From: Heterostelium pallidum
Taxonomy: Eukaryota
Assembly (NCBI RefSeq): GCF_000004825.1
Contig: NW_008805086.1
Location: 965,410-1,029,409, forward strand
Direction: 5' to 3'
Length of the DNA stretch: 64,000 nucleotides
This document shows, one piece after another, positions 45,524 through 64,000 of this stretch (the first letter of the stretch is position 1; every line of letters begins with the position of its first letter). The position numbers were made by a program, and so were the translations under genes. Under the pieces are notes generated by a model that made no database searches, was not told the origin of the DNA, and worked only from the letters and a program-made list of their open reading frames with translations.

Positions 45524-47008
45524 ATGGATGAAATTCGAAACGAAGAAAAAAAGAAACAAGTTTTTAGCTTTCTTTCAAAACATAGTGAAATTAGATTTCT
45601 TCGTGTTTTGTGGGTGGACCTGTGCAATTTAATCAGATGTAAATCAGTTCGTACCAAATGGCTTCTTGAGAATGACTTTAACTATGTATGTGTTACCAAT
45701 GCTTGTATGTCGGTGCGAGTATTCGATGATGTCATCATTGAAGAAGCTGCACCATCCACTCAGTTTGGAGAAGTCTTTTTGGTGCCAGATTGGAGCACAT
45801 TCCATGTCAACTCTTATTCAGGTGGTACAGCCTCTGTGTTTGGTGCTTTCTATACCTCTGCTCAGGATTCCACTTTGCCAACAACCAAAACTCAAGGATC
45901 ATCTTCACAAGCAACCGAGCATGCTAACAGCTCAATGATCACAAAGAATAAATTGAGTCCATGGCCATACTGTCCTAGACAAACACTATACAGAGTTCAA
46001 AAGATGTTGGCGGATATCAATGTCGGTGGGATCCAGGGACTTGAAGTTAAAGGTTCGTTCGAAGAGGAGTTCTATTTGTTATCGAAAAGCAATCCCCTCG
46101 AGCCTTTTGATCCATATTCATTTGCAAGTGTGATATCACTAAATCAATACCAAACAATACTTGACGAAATTGCACAGAACCTCGAACTACAGGGTGTTCC
46201 CGTAGAACAAATGCTTGCCGAGTCTGGACCAGCCCAATTTGAAATGACCATTCCTTACACCTCTATCATGGAGGCATGCGATCGTCACATCATCTTCCGT
46301 CAAACCGTACACGCCATCGCCGATAAGTTTGGACTGCAAGCATCATTCCTCCCCAAAGTCCATCTGAATCGTGCTGGTAGTGGTTGTCACGTGCATCTCT
46401 CACTCTGGCAAGCCGGAAACAATCTTGTTCCCGATGCATCCGACATTGACACTGGAATTTCAGTGCTAGCCAAGCGCGCCATTGCAGGTATTCTCACTCA
46501 TGCCAAGGCAATGACGCCCATACTCAATGCTAATTTGAACTCATATCATCGTCTCCAACCAAATTGTTGGTCTGGAAACACAATTACCTGGGGACTGGAC
46601 AACAAAGAGGCAATGGTTCGTATTCCTTCGTCTGCTAGCAAGTCGACCAAGGGAATCACCAACTTTGAAGTGAAAACACTCGATCACACTGCCAATCCAT
46701 ATATGGCGATCGCAGCGATCATCTGTGCTATGGCAGATGGATTAATCAGTGAGACTATTACAATGACACCACCTACCTCTGTCAACCCATCGTCTCTAAC
46801 ACAGGAACAACGTGAAGCACTCAGAATCGATCAGTTGCCAACATCACTTGAAAATGCATTAAAAGCACTCAAATCAGATGATTATCTTCTCAATATGATT
46901 GGTAGCAAGATATGCACTTCATACATTGCACACCGTCAACACGAAATAACACTTTTAAAAGATTGCTCTCATAGAGATATAATTGAAAGATATTATAAAC
47001 TATTTTAA
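45524..47008 (+). CDS. Type-I glutamine synthetase-like ligase, tandem copy 3 (more divergent, with an S/T-rich insertion)
   Basis: An intronless 494-aa ORF. Motifs are GSFEEEFYLL, SGPAQFEMTIPY, GSGCHVHLSLW, NSYHRLQP and WGLDNKEAMVRIP. There is an extra AQDSTLPTTKTQGSSSQATEHANSS segment in the N-terminal domain. Confidence 0.9.
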   Translation: MDEIRNEEKKKQVFSFLSKHSEIRFLRVLWVDLCNLIRCKSVRTKWLLENDFNYVCVTNACMSVRVFDDVIIEEAAPSTQFGEVFLVPDWSTFHVNSYSGGTASVFGAFYTSAQDSTLPTTKTQGSSSQATEHANSSMITKNKLSPWPYCPRQTLYRVQKMLADINVGGIQGLEVKGSFEEEFYLLSKSNPLEPFDPYSFASVISLNQYQTILDEIAQNLELQGVPVEQMLAESGPAQFEMTIPYTSIMEACDRHIIFRQTVHAIADKFGLQASFLPKVHLNRAGSGCHVHLSLWQAGNNLVPDASDIDTGISVLAKRAIAGILTHAKAMTPILNANLNSYHRLQPNCWSGNTITWGLDNKEAMVRIPSSASKSTKGITNFEVKTLDHTANPYMAIAAIICAMADGLISETITMTPPTSVNPSSLTQEQREALRIDQLPTSLENALKALKSDDYLLNMIGSKICTSYIAHRQHEITLLKDCSHRDIIERYYKLF

Positions 47009-47642
47009 AATTAAATAATATTATTAAATAAACAAATCACAGCACATTTATACTAATTGTTGGTGTATTAAAATTTAGAAGTTCGAATTTTTGCAAAAAA
47101 AAAAACTTTTTAAAAAAAAATAGAAAAAATCATTTCGAGCCTGATGAATGATTTCATAGTGATCATTTTAATATTCTTTTTTATTTTTTTTTAAATTATT
47201 TAATAATATAATATTCTAAAGTAGGTCATCAAAGATTATTATTCAGGGTTAAAACAGTAGATAGATATGATATTACTACGATATATAGAATACATTTATC
47301 GATATGTCATTTAAATAAATAGATATATAAAAACAATATATAATTATTTTTAAATCAAGAAAAAGAAATAGTTTAATATATCTGGAGAAAAGAATTAAAT
47401 TGTTGAAATTCAACAGAGAGAGAGAGAATTATTAAGAAAACAGAGTCTAAATAATAATACTCTGATCGCTTTTGAAAAAAAAAAAAAAAACAATCGACAA
47501 ACAATAACAATCAAACGAATAGATATTAAAATCGATCTATCTATCTATCAATCTATCTACAGATTGTTTTTAATTATAAATTAAATCATATATTATTTAT
47601 AAATAATGATGTATATCTTTAGTACTAACTAAATTTATTAAT

Positions 47643-47876
47643 ATGAGTATAGAAATGACTATTACAAACGATACCAAGTTTTCAGAGTTCCTCACATACA
47701 CCAAGAACAACTTCAACAAGAAGGGATTGTGCGGTGTCTATGATTGGTATCACTCAAAGTACATCAAGACCGGTAGATTCGCTCCAATCATTCACTGTAT
47801 GGTTGGTGTTACCCTTTTTTCATATGTTATTAGACATCAAAGAATCGAACACCACAAGACTGCCCCATATCACTAA
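47643..47876 (+). CDS. Probable mitochondrial F1Fo ATP synthase subunit f
   Basis: A 77-aa ORF. Its C-terminal half, YDWYHSKYIKTGRFAPIIHCMVGVTLFSYVIRHQRIEHHKTAPYH, parallels animal subunit f (..YYNKYINVKKGS..LFSY..YKHLKHERLRKYH) as I remember it. Confidence 0.65.
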   Translation: MSIEMTITNDTKFSEFLTYTKNNFNKKGLCGVYDWYHSKYIKTGRFAPIIHCMVGVTLFSYVIRHQRIEHHKTAPYH

Positions 47877-47973
47877 ACAACTATATTATTATTACTATTT
47901 AATATATTTACTTTGTTATTATAACACTTAGCTTTAGCACAACAGCAACAGCAACAACATCATTAAACACCTG

Positions 47974-48005
<32 letters not shown>

Positions 48006-48249
48006 AAATAAATCAATTTATAAAAACAAAAAAAACTAGAATGTTGTAACCATTTGATAGATGTAAATGCATCATTTTTTGATAAATGTTTATTTGGTAT
48101 TGTTCAGACAAGTTGATCGATAAATAAACAAACATCAATGTTAATGTTTTTTTTTTTTTTTTTTTTTTTGATGAAGAATGTAAATACATAAGGATGACTT
48201 CTTTATTGTTTTCATTATCAAGTGCTACTAATAATAGTTATTAATATTA

Positions 48250-48849
48250 ATGGATACAGATACTAATCATTTAAATGTTAAAAGAGATATTCTAGAAAGA
48301 GATAGAGTACTTAGAAATTATTTTGTATTGGTGGATTGGAAATCGGATGACGCTTTATTTCGTTTGAAAAGAAGATTGGTTACTGGCGAGCCAATTCACC
48401 CCCATGAATACTATCAATATTTGTATGAAGATAGTTGGTCTGGTTCAATCAACAACGGATTAAATGATAGTCTTGTATTCACAGATGGCCAGGAGAGATT
48501 CCTTATCCTGTTGGTTCACACAAACGATTCAAAGAAAATCATTGGTTCTCAGAAATACAAGATGATTGATAGAATCGGTAAATGGGTAGACAAAACACCT
48601 TCTAAATTAATCGATGTTGGTGTTATTACATCATCTTCCAACCAATACAAGGCAATAGGCCATTTAAAATTAGAAAGTACCAACATTAATGATGTCGACA
48701 TGTCCAATATCGAAGTAGATATTGACATTGAAAGACAAACCATCAACAATTATGTTTGGTACGGTAATGCCCCATCTGACTATCTACTTTATTGCGATGA
48801 TCACAAAGTGGAAGAGGTTACAGAGATTATTTCAGATTTGGAAATTTGA
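48250..48849 (+). CDS. Hypothetical protein (199 aa), no domain recognised
   Basis: An uninterrupted ORF with coding-like composition, flanked by AT-rich DNA and starting at an ATG in an A-rich context. I recognised no motif. Confidence 0.5.
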   Translation: MDTDTNHLNVKRDILERDRVLRNYFVLVDWKSDDALFRLKRRLVTGEPIHPHEYYQYLYEDSWSGSINNGLNDSLVFTDGQERFLILLVHTNDSKKIIGSQKYKMIDRIGKWVDKTPSKLIDVGVITSSSNQYKAIGHLKLESTNINDVDMSNIEVDIDIERQTINNYVWYGNAPSDYLLYCDDHKVEEVTEIISDLEI

Positions 48850-48973
48850 ATATTTTTGCATATTAAAGGTTAGAATAAAAGTTTTATTATATATATTTAC
48901 AATTGATATTATTCAATTGAATTTTAAAAAGTACTGTTTAGTTGTACATGTGTGTATTACTTATTTAATTAAT

Positions 48974-50297
48974 TTAGTTTTGTGATTTATAATTCTTTAA
49001 GAAATAAAATCCATTTTTATCTTGTTCGAAATAAACTGGTTTCCAAACTTCACCTTTTTGTTTTCTTTCTGCGGTAATCTTACGTTGTGCTTCCTCTACT
49101 TTGGTCTTCTCTTTGGTGATTGTCTTGGCAGATGTTCCACTGTCCAACTTGTCTGCCTCGAACACACCTTTCCATACGATGCTAGAGTCGGTTGGAAGGA
49201 GTACCTCTGGACCTCTCATTGCACCTTGTTTCATGGTTCGTCTGTCCCAGAGTATCTTGTAGTCGTCCTTCTTGTATTCTGAGATCTTGGCAATCTCATC
49301 CCATTGTCCTTTGATCTTGAAGATTTTGTCTTTTCCATTGTATATGGTTGTATCAAATGTATTGTATGATCCATACAGCAATGGCTTTGGATGGAATACT
49401 GATTTGCATTTGAGTGATGAGGTGTTTACTGTAAGCTTTGACTTTCCAACGTACTCACTGAAACTTCTAAAGATTCGAACAGCCATGCTCGGACAGGTAC
49501 CAGTGTAGACTTCGTTGTACTTATCGAAACGAATTCGAACGGTTCCTTCGAAGGACAGCTTGGCGTATGTACCCATGAAGGTTGATTTAACTTGGTCGTG
49601 GTAGCTAACATAGATTCCAGCCTCCTTGTTGTAGACAGTGGAACAAGAGATGGGTGGGTGATGGGAAATCTGCTCACAGAAGAACGTACAAGAGTTACTT
49701 GCTCCTTTGCTGTCTGGTGAGTCATCGTCAATATCATCCTCTCCACTCGTCTTGTTGTTATTGTCCGACTGTTGTTCATGTTCAAAAATGATGTCACCTT
49801 CGTAAGTCTCTGAAAGCACTGGATTTAATGGTTTACGCATATTGTCTTCAGGTAACCGACATGCTGTAAATAAATATTTTACAACTTGAATGAATCTTTC
49901 TTGTTTATCTTCTATTTCATTTGCCCTATTGTTAGTGTGTTCAAATAAAATATTGTGATTAGGAATTGGATGATTAGGCAAATAAACATGTGTTTTTCTC
50001 AACATACTTTAAAAGGATATCGAAATAAGATGAATAATATTCGGCGAAATAACTTAGAGCTGATTTAGGTAGGATGAAAGCACCTGGTACTGTCATAGAG
50101 GTAAGGTCAGCTCCAAAACCAATTTTTTTGATGACACTGGTCAACACTGTAAATCTGGATTGATTTTCCATTTGGTCATCAATCTCATCTATATTCAAAG
50201 CATTCTCGGTCTTTGGTGTTGTCAATTCTTTTTTCAATTCCTCTGGTATATCCTCTCCGACATCCTCGACTTCAACTTTTTTACTTTTTTTCCCCAT
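48974..50297 (-). CDS. Oxysterol-binding protein (short OSBP/ORP type)
   Basis: Two exons, 50008-50297 and 48974-49925, with an 82-nt phase-2 intron (GTATGT..ATAG). The OSBP fingerprint is EQISHHPPIS, together with KPLNPVLSETYEG. Confidence 0.9.
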
Positions 50298-51508
50298 GTT
50301 TTCTTTCTTTATTTATTATTGATTCTCTCTCTCTCTCTAAAAAAAAAACTATTCTATAAATAAATTTATTAATATTATGTTTTTGCAGATAGTTAAATTG
50401 ATTTGAATAATTAGTGTCATTTAATTTTTAAAAGTGCTTAATTTTTTTTATTTTTTTATTTTTTGGGGTGGTTATTAAATCTTTTGTGTTGGTGGTATTA
50501 TGATGATGTTATTACCAATTTAGTGAACTGTTTGTTGTGTTTATATCATCAAGTATTTGTTTATCACAAATTAGTGAAGATTGTTATTATTAAAAAAATA
50601 ACAAGAATTGAATTCGTACGAGGTCTCACCTGTTTGTTGTTTAAATATTTACCTATTATATAAATTTGTTTAATTAAGCCTTAAAGGGTCAAAGTTGCTA
50701 ATGAAAAATAATTAAAAAAAAAGATTTTTGTTGTAGTTATCTACCTTTTGATGAACTAAAAGTAAATTATTAATTGAAGTAATGCTTTTATATTAAGAGA
50801 AGTTTCTTTAAAGTTGCCAACAACAGCAAAAAAAACGGTAAACATTTTATAATCAAATTAATTACGTGTAATATATGAAAATTTTTTTTTTTTTCGGAAT
50901 TTACTGTTTCAAAATTAGATATTTGCAATTTTTTTTTTTAGTCGCACTATCATGATGGCATTTATAAATTTATCATCAAAAATATTATCTTTGTTATAAT
51001 GTCTTGAATATTAAATATTAATTAATTAAATAAAAACTTTTTTTTCACTTTATTTATAGTTTTTATTTTTAGTTAGAATGAATTTTTCAATGCATTGACA
51101 AATAATAATTTAATGATACATATCTTCTTTTTGATGATTTAAATTTAAATCGATTCAAAGATTGAAAAAAAAAAAAATAGAAAAAATTGTGAAAAAAAAA
51201 ATCTTTCTTTATTTTTTCTATGATTTTTAAAGAAAGTGAAAACAATGAAATGCACCCCCTCTTTATATGGTGCAAGGTGGCTTTTTGGTCAGCCTGACAT
51301 TTCAAATTAACTTTAAGATTTTTGAAATTATTGATGAATTTACTATACTTTAAAATTTTTTTAATTTAATTTATAGTAGTTATTGTTATTTTGAAGTTTG
51401 TGAATTATTTATATAGATAAAAATATTTATAATAAGTTTATTTAAAGATTAAGTGATTTTAGTTTATAACAACTAAAATCAGATTTGTAAAGTTTTTTTT
51501 TTTTTAAA

Positions 51509-58655
<7,147 letters not shown>

Positions 58656-58711
58656 AATCAATAAACATCGTAGACAAATTTGATTAAACAAAAACAAAAA
58701 TTAGAACTTTC

Positions 58712-61700
58712 TCATTTCTTTTTATTAAACTTTTTCTTTTCGTTGTTATTCTTTGAATTATTCTTTCCAATGCTGAAATTTTGAGATGAATTTGTCGTCG
58801 ACTTTGAAGATTTACTCTTTGAGTTAAAAATCATGTCAATATCATCCATATCTGCATCTTGATTTGATTGATCATTCATATCATCGCTACCAATCTTTTC
58901 TTTTTTAACTTTAACTGGTACCTTATCTTCATCTTCATCTTCATTTTCATCTTTGTTAGAATGTTGATAAATATTCTTTTGTTTCTTTAGTGGTTGTTGT
59001 TGTTGTTGTTTGGTGCTGGTAGTACTGGCACCATCATCCTCTAAGATATCTTGGAAGAGTTTTCTCTTTTTATCGGTGGTTGCTTGCGAACTTGCCCATT
59101 GATCCTTCTTTTTCTTAAAGACGTTGATGTGACAGATCAAGAGAACATAACGACCAGCGGGTGTGCTGAACAGACGTGGCTCTTCTTTGGCCAACTCCTC
59201 ACAGATCATCTCCCTAAGACTGAGATCGGATAACTTGTAGATTCTCTCCATTACAAAGGATCCGCATTTATCAACACCTATATCTGGGAATCTACCCTTT
59301 AACTTTTTGATGAACTGGTGCTTTCTCTCTACTGTGATACCGCAATCCAAGAATGCATCCAATACTTTGCTACCGACTGGATCGACTGCCATCACCACCA
59401 ACTGATCGCTTTCCAATTTCATAAAACTATCGATAATATATTGAGTGTAATCAACATTAAAGAATAACAATTTTTGTAAGATAATCGCACCACACATTGA
59501 ATACTAAAATGATTATTTAAAAAATATTAATATTAATGTTTTGCCAGTCACCTGGTAAATAATAGAAAAGAAGATAATACCTTTTTGTTCTCTGTAATAT
59601 TATGTTCAAGATATAATAACTTGTTTACAATATCTTTGATATCAGTTTGAACGTTTGGTAATACTGCTGCATTCAATATCTTTATCAACTCTCTTTGTTG
59701 TGCATTCATTCTTAAACAACATTCAACCAATTTTTGAACGATTTGACCTCTTCCCATATCTAGATATCATCAGCAGCAGTAGTAATAGATTCAATTGTAT
59801 TAATAGACAGAATCAAATACAACATATCTAAATATAAATACCTATTAGTTTTTTAAAATTGTCTTTAAGCTCTTGGATCAATGTTGCCAATTGTGCATTA
59901 TCTCTAACGTTTTCAATCAATGATTTAACAACATGATTCGATACTAAATCCTCAGAGAACTTTACCAACTGCAATCTCATCAATGAGAATATTCTTGAAT
60001 AACTTGTGTTTGGACATGACTATTTGATAACAATAAGTTAGTTAAACTATAATTATGGAATATTTATAAATATTCGTACCTTTAAAATAGATTCAAAAAT
60101 AAGAGAACCAAACTTATTATAGATAACCTCTAAGAATCTATCTTTTTCAGTTTGACCTTCATTCTGTGGTGTTAAAATGGTATCGAGAATACTGTTGAAT
60201 AGTTCGGTGTTACTGCAAGATAGCTCAATGATTGTCTTTATAGTCTCTCTTGTCTTATTGTTGAAAATCAATAAAGGTAGTTTCTCTTTCAACGTTTCAT
60301 GAATAGTAGTCAAAGCAGCTTGGATCTTCTCTTTATATGCAGTAGGTGCTTCATATGATTGAACTATTATCTCTCTTTGTTTTTCTTCTTCTGATTGCTA
60401 TAAAATTGTGTGATTTGTTTATAACTATATAAATAAAACTTCTATTGGTATCACGATATTGTTGATTACCTACATTATGTTTACTTCCTTTCGATGTTGA
60501 AAACTTCTCGGTAACGGTACCACTCATAATATTGAATAACTTTGATAATACAAATGGTGCACTTCTATCTTCAATTACACTACTGATATTTTCAACAAGA
60601 ATCTAAAAAAAAAGAAAAAAAAAAAAATATTTATTAGATAAAATAAACATAAATATTATATATTATTAATACTTACATCAACAAGTTTAAATAAGATCTC
60701 TTGGAATTTGATAAGATCAGATTTCTTGGCTTTGGCAATGATTACAGGGATTTGAACAATGATAGACTCCAACACTCTGGAACCATTGACGTGAGTGGCA
60801 ACTACCATAAAGTCGTATTGTAGCATCGAAGCAATCATGATAATCTGTGATGGCAATGCACGCTTCAAAATACCTTCTAGGATGAAACTACAGATACGAT
60901 CTGTAGCAACCAATGTTGCTTTGCTCTCGATCTCTTTCAGTGCATTCTCAATGATGATATTATGATCTAACTCGTCGGTATCGTCATCGTAATCCTTTGG
61001 TTTATCGGTGATAACCTCATTGATCTTCTCTAAATAGTTTCTGGTTTGTGTATCGACCTCTGTTACTTTGAAACTCTTCTTTTCTGTTGTAGTATCGGTA
61101 TTATCTTCATTGTCATCCTGTTGTTGTTTTTCATTGTAGAATGGGTTATCACCGCCGCCGCCTCTTTTGTTTCCACCTTCTCTTTTGGTTTGTGATTGCT
61201 GCTGTCCACCAGAGTAGAATTGATTATCGGCTGCATCCTTTCTTCTATTGTTTCCGCTGTTGTTGTTGTTTCCATCTACGCCTGGACAATCTCTTGAAAT
61301 ATGACCTGGTTGATTACATTTGAAACAATTACGATCGTTTCCACCAGCTCTACTTGAGATAGAGGACGATGACTCTGGACAATCTCTCGAAATATGACCG
61401 GTTTGATTACATTTGTAACAACTACGATCGTTTCCACCAGCTCTACTTGAGATAGAGGACGATGCCTCTGGACAATCTCTCGAAATATGGCCAGTTTGAT
61501 TACATTTGAAACAAGCACGATCATGACCAGTACTACCACCCTTTTGATTTCCTCTATTACCTCCATTATATTGGTTATTATTGTTATTATTATTTTTATA
61601 ACCACCTGACGATGCCTCAGGGCAATCTCTAGATATATGACCTGTCTGATTACATTTGAAACAAGCACGATCATTTCCTGCTCCTCCACCCGAACTACGA

Positions 61701-61885
61701 TCGTTTCCACCAGCTCTACTTGAGGAAGATGACGATGCCTCAGGGCAATCTCTCGAAATATGACCTGTCTGATTACATTTGAAACAAGCACGATCATGAC
61801 CTGTTCCTCCACCTTTTTGATTACCTCTAGGTCCTCTATTACCTTTCTTATCTATTCTAAAAAAATCATCATTATTATCTGACAT
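58712..61885 (-). CDS. Nop9-like Pumilio-repeat RNA-binding protein with an N-terminal array of five CCHC zinc knuckles
   Basis: Six exons: 60677-61885, 60474-60602, 60080-60397, 59842-60019, 59581-59759, 58712-59503. All junctions are GT..AG and phase-consistent. The knuckle is C[FY]KCNQ[TP]GHISRDC, five times. Pumilio/Nop9-like helices include DRICSFILEGILK, THVNGSRVLESII, NHVVKSLIEN, VDPVGSKVLDAFL, DKCGSFVMERIY and a C-terminal NVFKKKKDQW. Confidence 0.65.
61283..61795 (-). repeat. Tandem coding repeats of about 100-130 bp encoding the CCHC-knuckle units
   Basis: Near-identical stretches such as ggacaatctctcgaaatatgacc.gt.tgattacatttg.aaca..cacgatc recur five times on the plus-strand read. 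Confidence 0.9.
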
Positions 61886-62155
61886 TCTGAAAAATATATA
61901 TTTATTATTAAATAAAAATAAAATAAATACAATATTTTAACCAACATTTAATTTATTCTTTGTCGTTCGTTTTTTTTTTTTTTTTTCTAAATTTTTCAAT
62001 AATTTTAATAGACCATTATTCGAACGTTACTCAAAATTTTGACTTTTGGTAATTTGGTGTGTGATCAAAAATATGAATTGAACTCTAAATTTTATTTAAT
62101 TTTTTTTAATATTTAATCATCTTTATATTATTTATTATTTTAAGTGTATAAAGAA

Positions 62156-62782
62156 ATGAGTACAACTACAACTACAACTAATACACCAGCAAACAATGCA
62201 CCGAAACCAGTAAATACAGCAAATATACCAAATTTTAAGAAATGGACAATCATATACCCACATTACATTAATTCAGAGTTGACCAAGGACGAAGGAAGAA
62301 GAACTGCTAAAGATAAATCCGTTAAGAATCCAGGTATAGAAGAGATTGCTAGATGTTGTGGTGCAGCTGGTCTGTCTGCTGTTATTGAAGTACGTTACCC
62401 CAATCCAAACTGAATAATCTATTTATCAATGAACTAATATGAAATTAAATAATACAATCAAATATAGAGTACAAAAGGTTATCCATCTGATTTCTTCCAA
62501 AGAGGTAGAGTTAGAGTTCAAATGTTAAATGACCAAGGTGCACCAATAATCCCAACTATTAAGAATAGTATGTTTTAACTACAACAATTGATAGATTTTT
62601 TATTATACTTATATTATTTCTATAAAATAGAAACTGAATTGATGTTATTTATTGCTGAAAAGATTAAATTAGTCAATCCAAATCGTCCAGAAAACTTTAA
62701 TCCAATATCATTACTAAATCTTCCCCAACCAGCAGTCAAGAAAGACAAAGAAGAAAAGAAAAAGAAGAAAGGAAAAAATTAA
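62156..62782 (+). CDS. srp19: Signal recognition particle 19 kDa protein (SRP19)
   Basis: Three exons (62156-62389, 62468-62567, 62631-62782) with phases 0 and 1. The product is KKWTIIYPHYINSELTKDEGRR..NPGIEEIARCCGAAGLSAVIE|STKGYPSDFFQRGRVRVQM..|KTELMLFIAEKI, with a lysine-rich tail. This matches the SRP19 pattern W..IYP.Y....EGRR...GL...E..K.YPRD..RGRVRV. Confidence 0.85.
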
Positions 62783-64000
62783 ATGTAAAAATAAATTAAA
62801 CAAGCAATCACGATAAATCAATTCATAAAAGACAGATTCAGTTTGGAAAAGAAATAATATTTGAAAATTGTTTAAATTTAGTTTCACGAAGTGATCTTTA
62901 ACTTTGCATCTGCAATGGTTGTGGTAGTTAATCCAAGTGGAATACATAAGTAATTCATTTCAAACAGCAATAGATAATAAATTTTAATTATTTTTTTGAT
63001 AATTGTGGACGTTCCAACTGAAATAGTATGATATAAGAGTTTTATTTTAATCTCTCATCTTATTCGATTTCAAAGGATGTTGTTGTTGTCTATTGTTTGC
63101 ATTCCTTTGTCTAATTGCAAATTTATTATTATTATCCTAAATTAAATTTGCATTCCTTTGTCTAATTTAATTTGCTCTATATAGATGATATTATCAAAGA
63201 AAAAAAAAGATAAGTCGATATAGTTCTTTTTATCGACAATCTCTATCTAAACAACATACATGTTGACGATAATGATCGAGACAAACACACAGCAGATTCA
63301 TCTTTTTTTTACCATCCCATATTAATTTTCGACTTCCACCACACTAATTTTTCAATTTCAAAATTTTTTTCAAAGTTAACTTGCTTCCACTCATATAAAA
63401 ATTTCAAAACATTGTGTGACAAAGTTCACAAAACATGCATTTTTTAGCTTTTTTTTGACTTAAAAAAAAATTTTAAACTGCATCATAATTTTATGTATAT
63501 AAAAAAAAAAAAAATAAGATTTTAAATAAATAACTTCATATTATCTTATTTGAAGTCATAAATCTATTTTTTTTAATTTATTTTAAATTTTAATTCAATT
63601 ATTTCTTGTATTTTTAAATTTATTTTATTTTATTTTATTTTTTTTTTCGAAAAAATTCGAAAATTCAATTGAAATTTTTTTTATTTCATTCTTTTTTTTA
63701 AAATTAAATTAAGTTAAAAAGATATAGATGAAATAACAGGGTATAGAATGATACAGCAAACAACAAAGACACATGATATACTTTTTTTTTTACTGCGATT
63801 CAACAAAATTTAGTCAAAAAAATAAAAAAAAATAAAGTATTTTACTGGCGATATTAAATTAATATGATGGAAAAAGGGTAAAATCAAGATTTTTATGTGG
63901 ATGGGAGGTGGTATTACTCCAACCCACCTTCATATTATCATTTAACCATTCCAAAATTTTGAGTTGAAATTTTTTATTTTTATTTTTGGGGTTGTGGGGA

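Noticed and set aside
51087-51305. A 72-aa minus-strand ORF upstream of the PARP4-like gene, with a small GC-containing patch (tgcacc..ggtgca hairpin at about 51250-51275)
   Set aside because: The ORF is mostly a poly-F/K translation of A/T runs. The 6-bp stem is too weak to call, and the patch is probably a promoter or 5' UTR.
61063-61812. Alternative-frame ORFs (61276-61812, 61063-61275, 61141-61323) within the CCHC exon
   Set aside because: They are out-of-frame shadows. Only the annotated frame yields intact C-x2-C-x4-H-x4-C knuckles.
63095-63175. A direct repeat of tgcattcctttgtctaatt about 50 bp apart in the terminal intergenic region
   Set aside because: It is a short (~19 bp) local duplication in AT-rich DNA with no associated ORF or structure.

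Overview
The window looks like gene-dense nuclear DNA from a dictyostelid-type social amoeba. This is inferred from the sequence alone. Intergenic DNA is extremely AT-rich with long A/T runs, exons are only moderately AT-rich, introns are short (50-100 nt, GTAAGT..AG), codon tracts of poly-N/Q/T/S are common, and genes sit a few hundred bp apart.

I model about 27 protein-coding genes on both strands:
- DNA topoisomerase II (partial, runs off the left edge)
- an H-Y-I type mono-ADP-ribosyltransferase (PARP-like)
- a transposase-like gene lying head to head with a giant gene that ends in a TnpB/Fanzor-like RuvC module
- a secreted clan GH-A glycoside hydrolase
- ARMC1, cornichon, an SDR and ORC3
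- a small secreted CBM49-like gene enclosed by a near-perfect 207-bp inverted repeat
- CDC123 and ribokinase
- a GT4+GT2+sulfotransferase fusion
- a 2OG-Fe(II) oxygenase
- three tandem type-I glutamine-synthetase-like genes
- ATP synthase subunit f, one unknown gene and an OSBP
- a 2,327-codon PARP4 (vault-PARP)-like gene carrying extra modules: a 14-3-3-like region, an RS/RGG tract, a proline-rich+WH2+C+A module and YSPTSPS heptads
- a Nop9-like Pumilio-repeat gene with five CCHC knuckles
- SRP19

I saw no rRNA, tRNA or CRISPR array by eye.

The ORF track uses alternative start codons, so many of its leading 'M' residues are really internal exon residues. I derived splice junctions by hand and checked them for reading-phase consistency. 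They have not been validated by RNA data.

The strongest leads are:
1. the RuvC (TnpB/Fanzor-like) gene and its divergent transposase-like neighbour (8.1-19.4 kb)
2. the chimeric PARP4-like gene (51.5-58.7 kb)
3. the inverted-repeat cassette at 30.5-32.1 kb
4. the GT/sulfotransferase fusion and the oxygenase plus triple GS-like run (35.8-47.0 kb)
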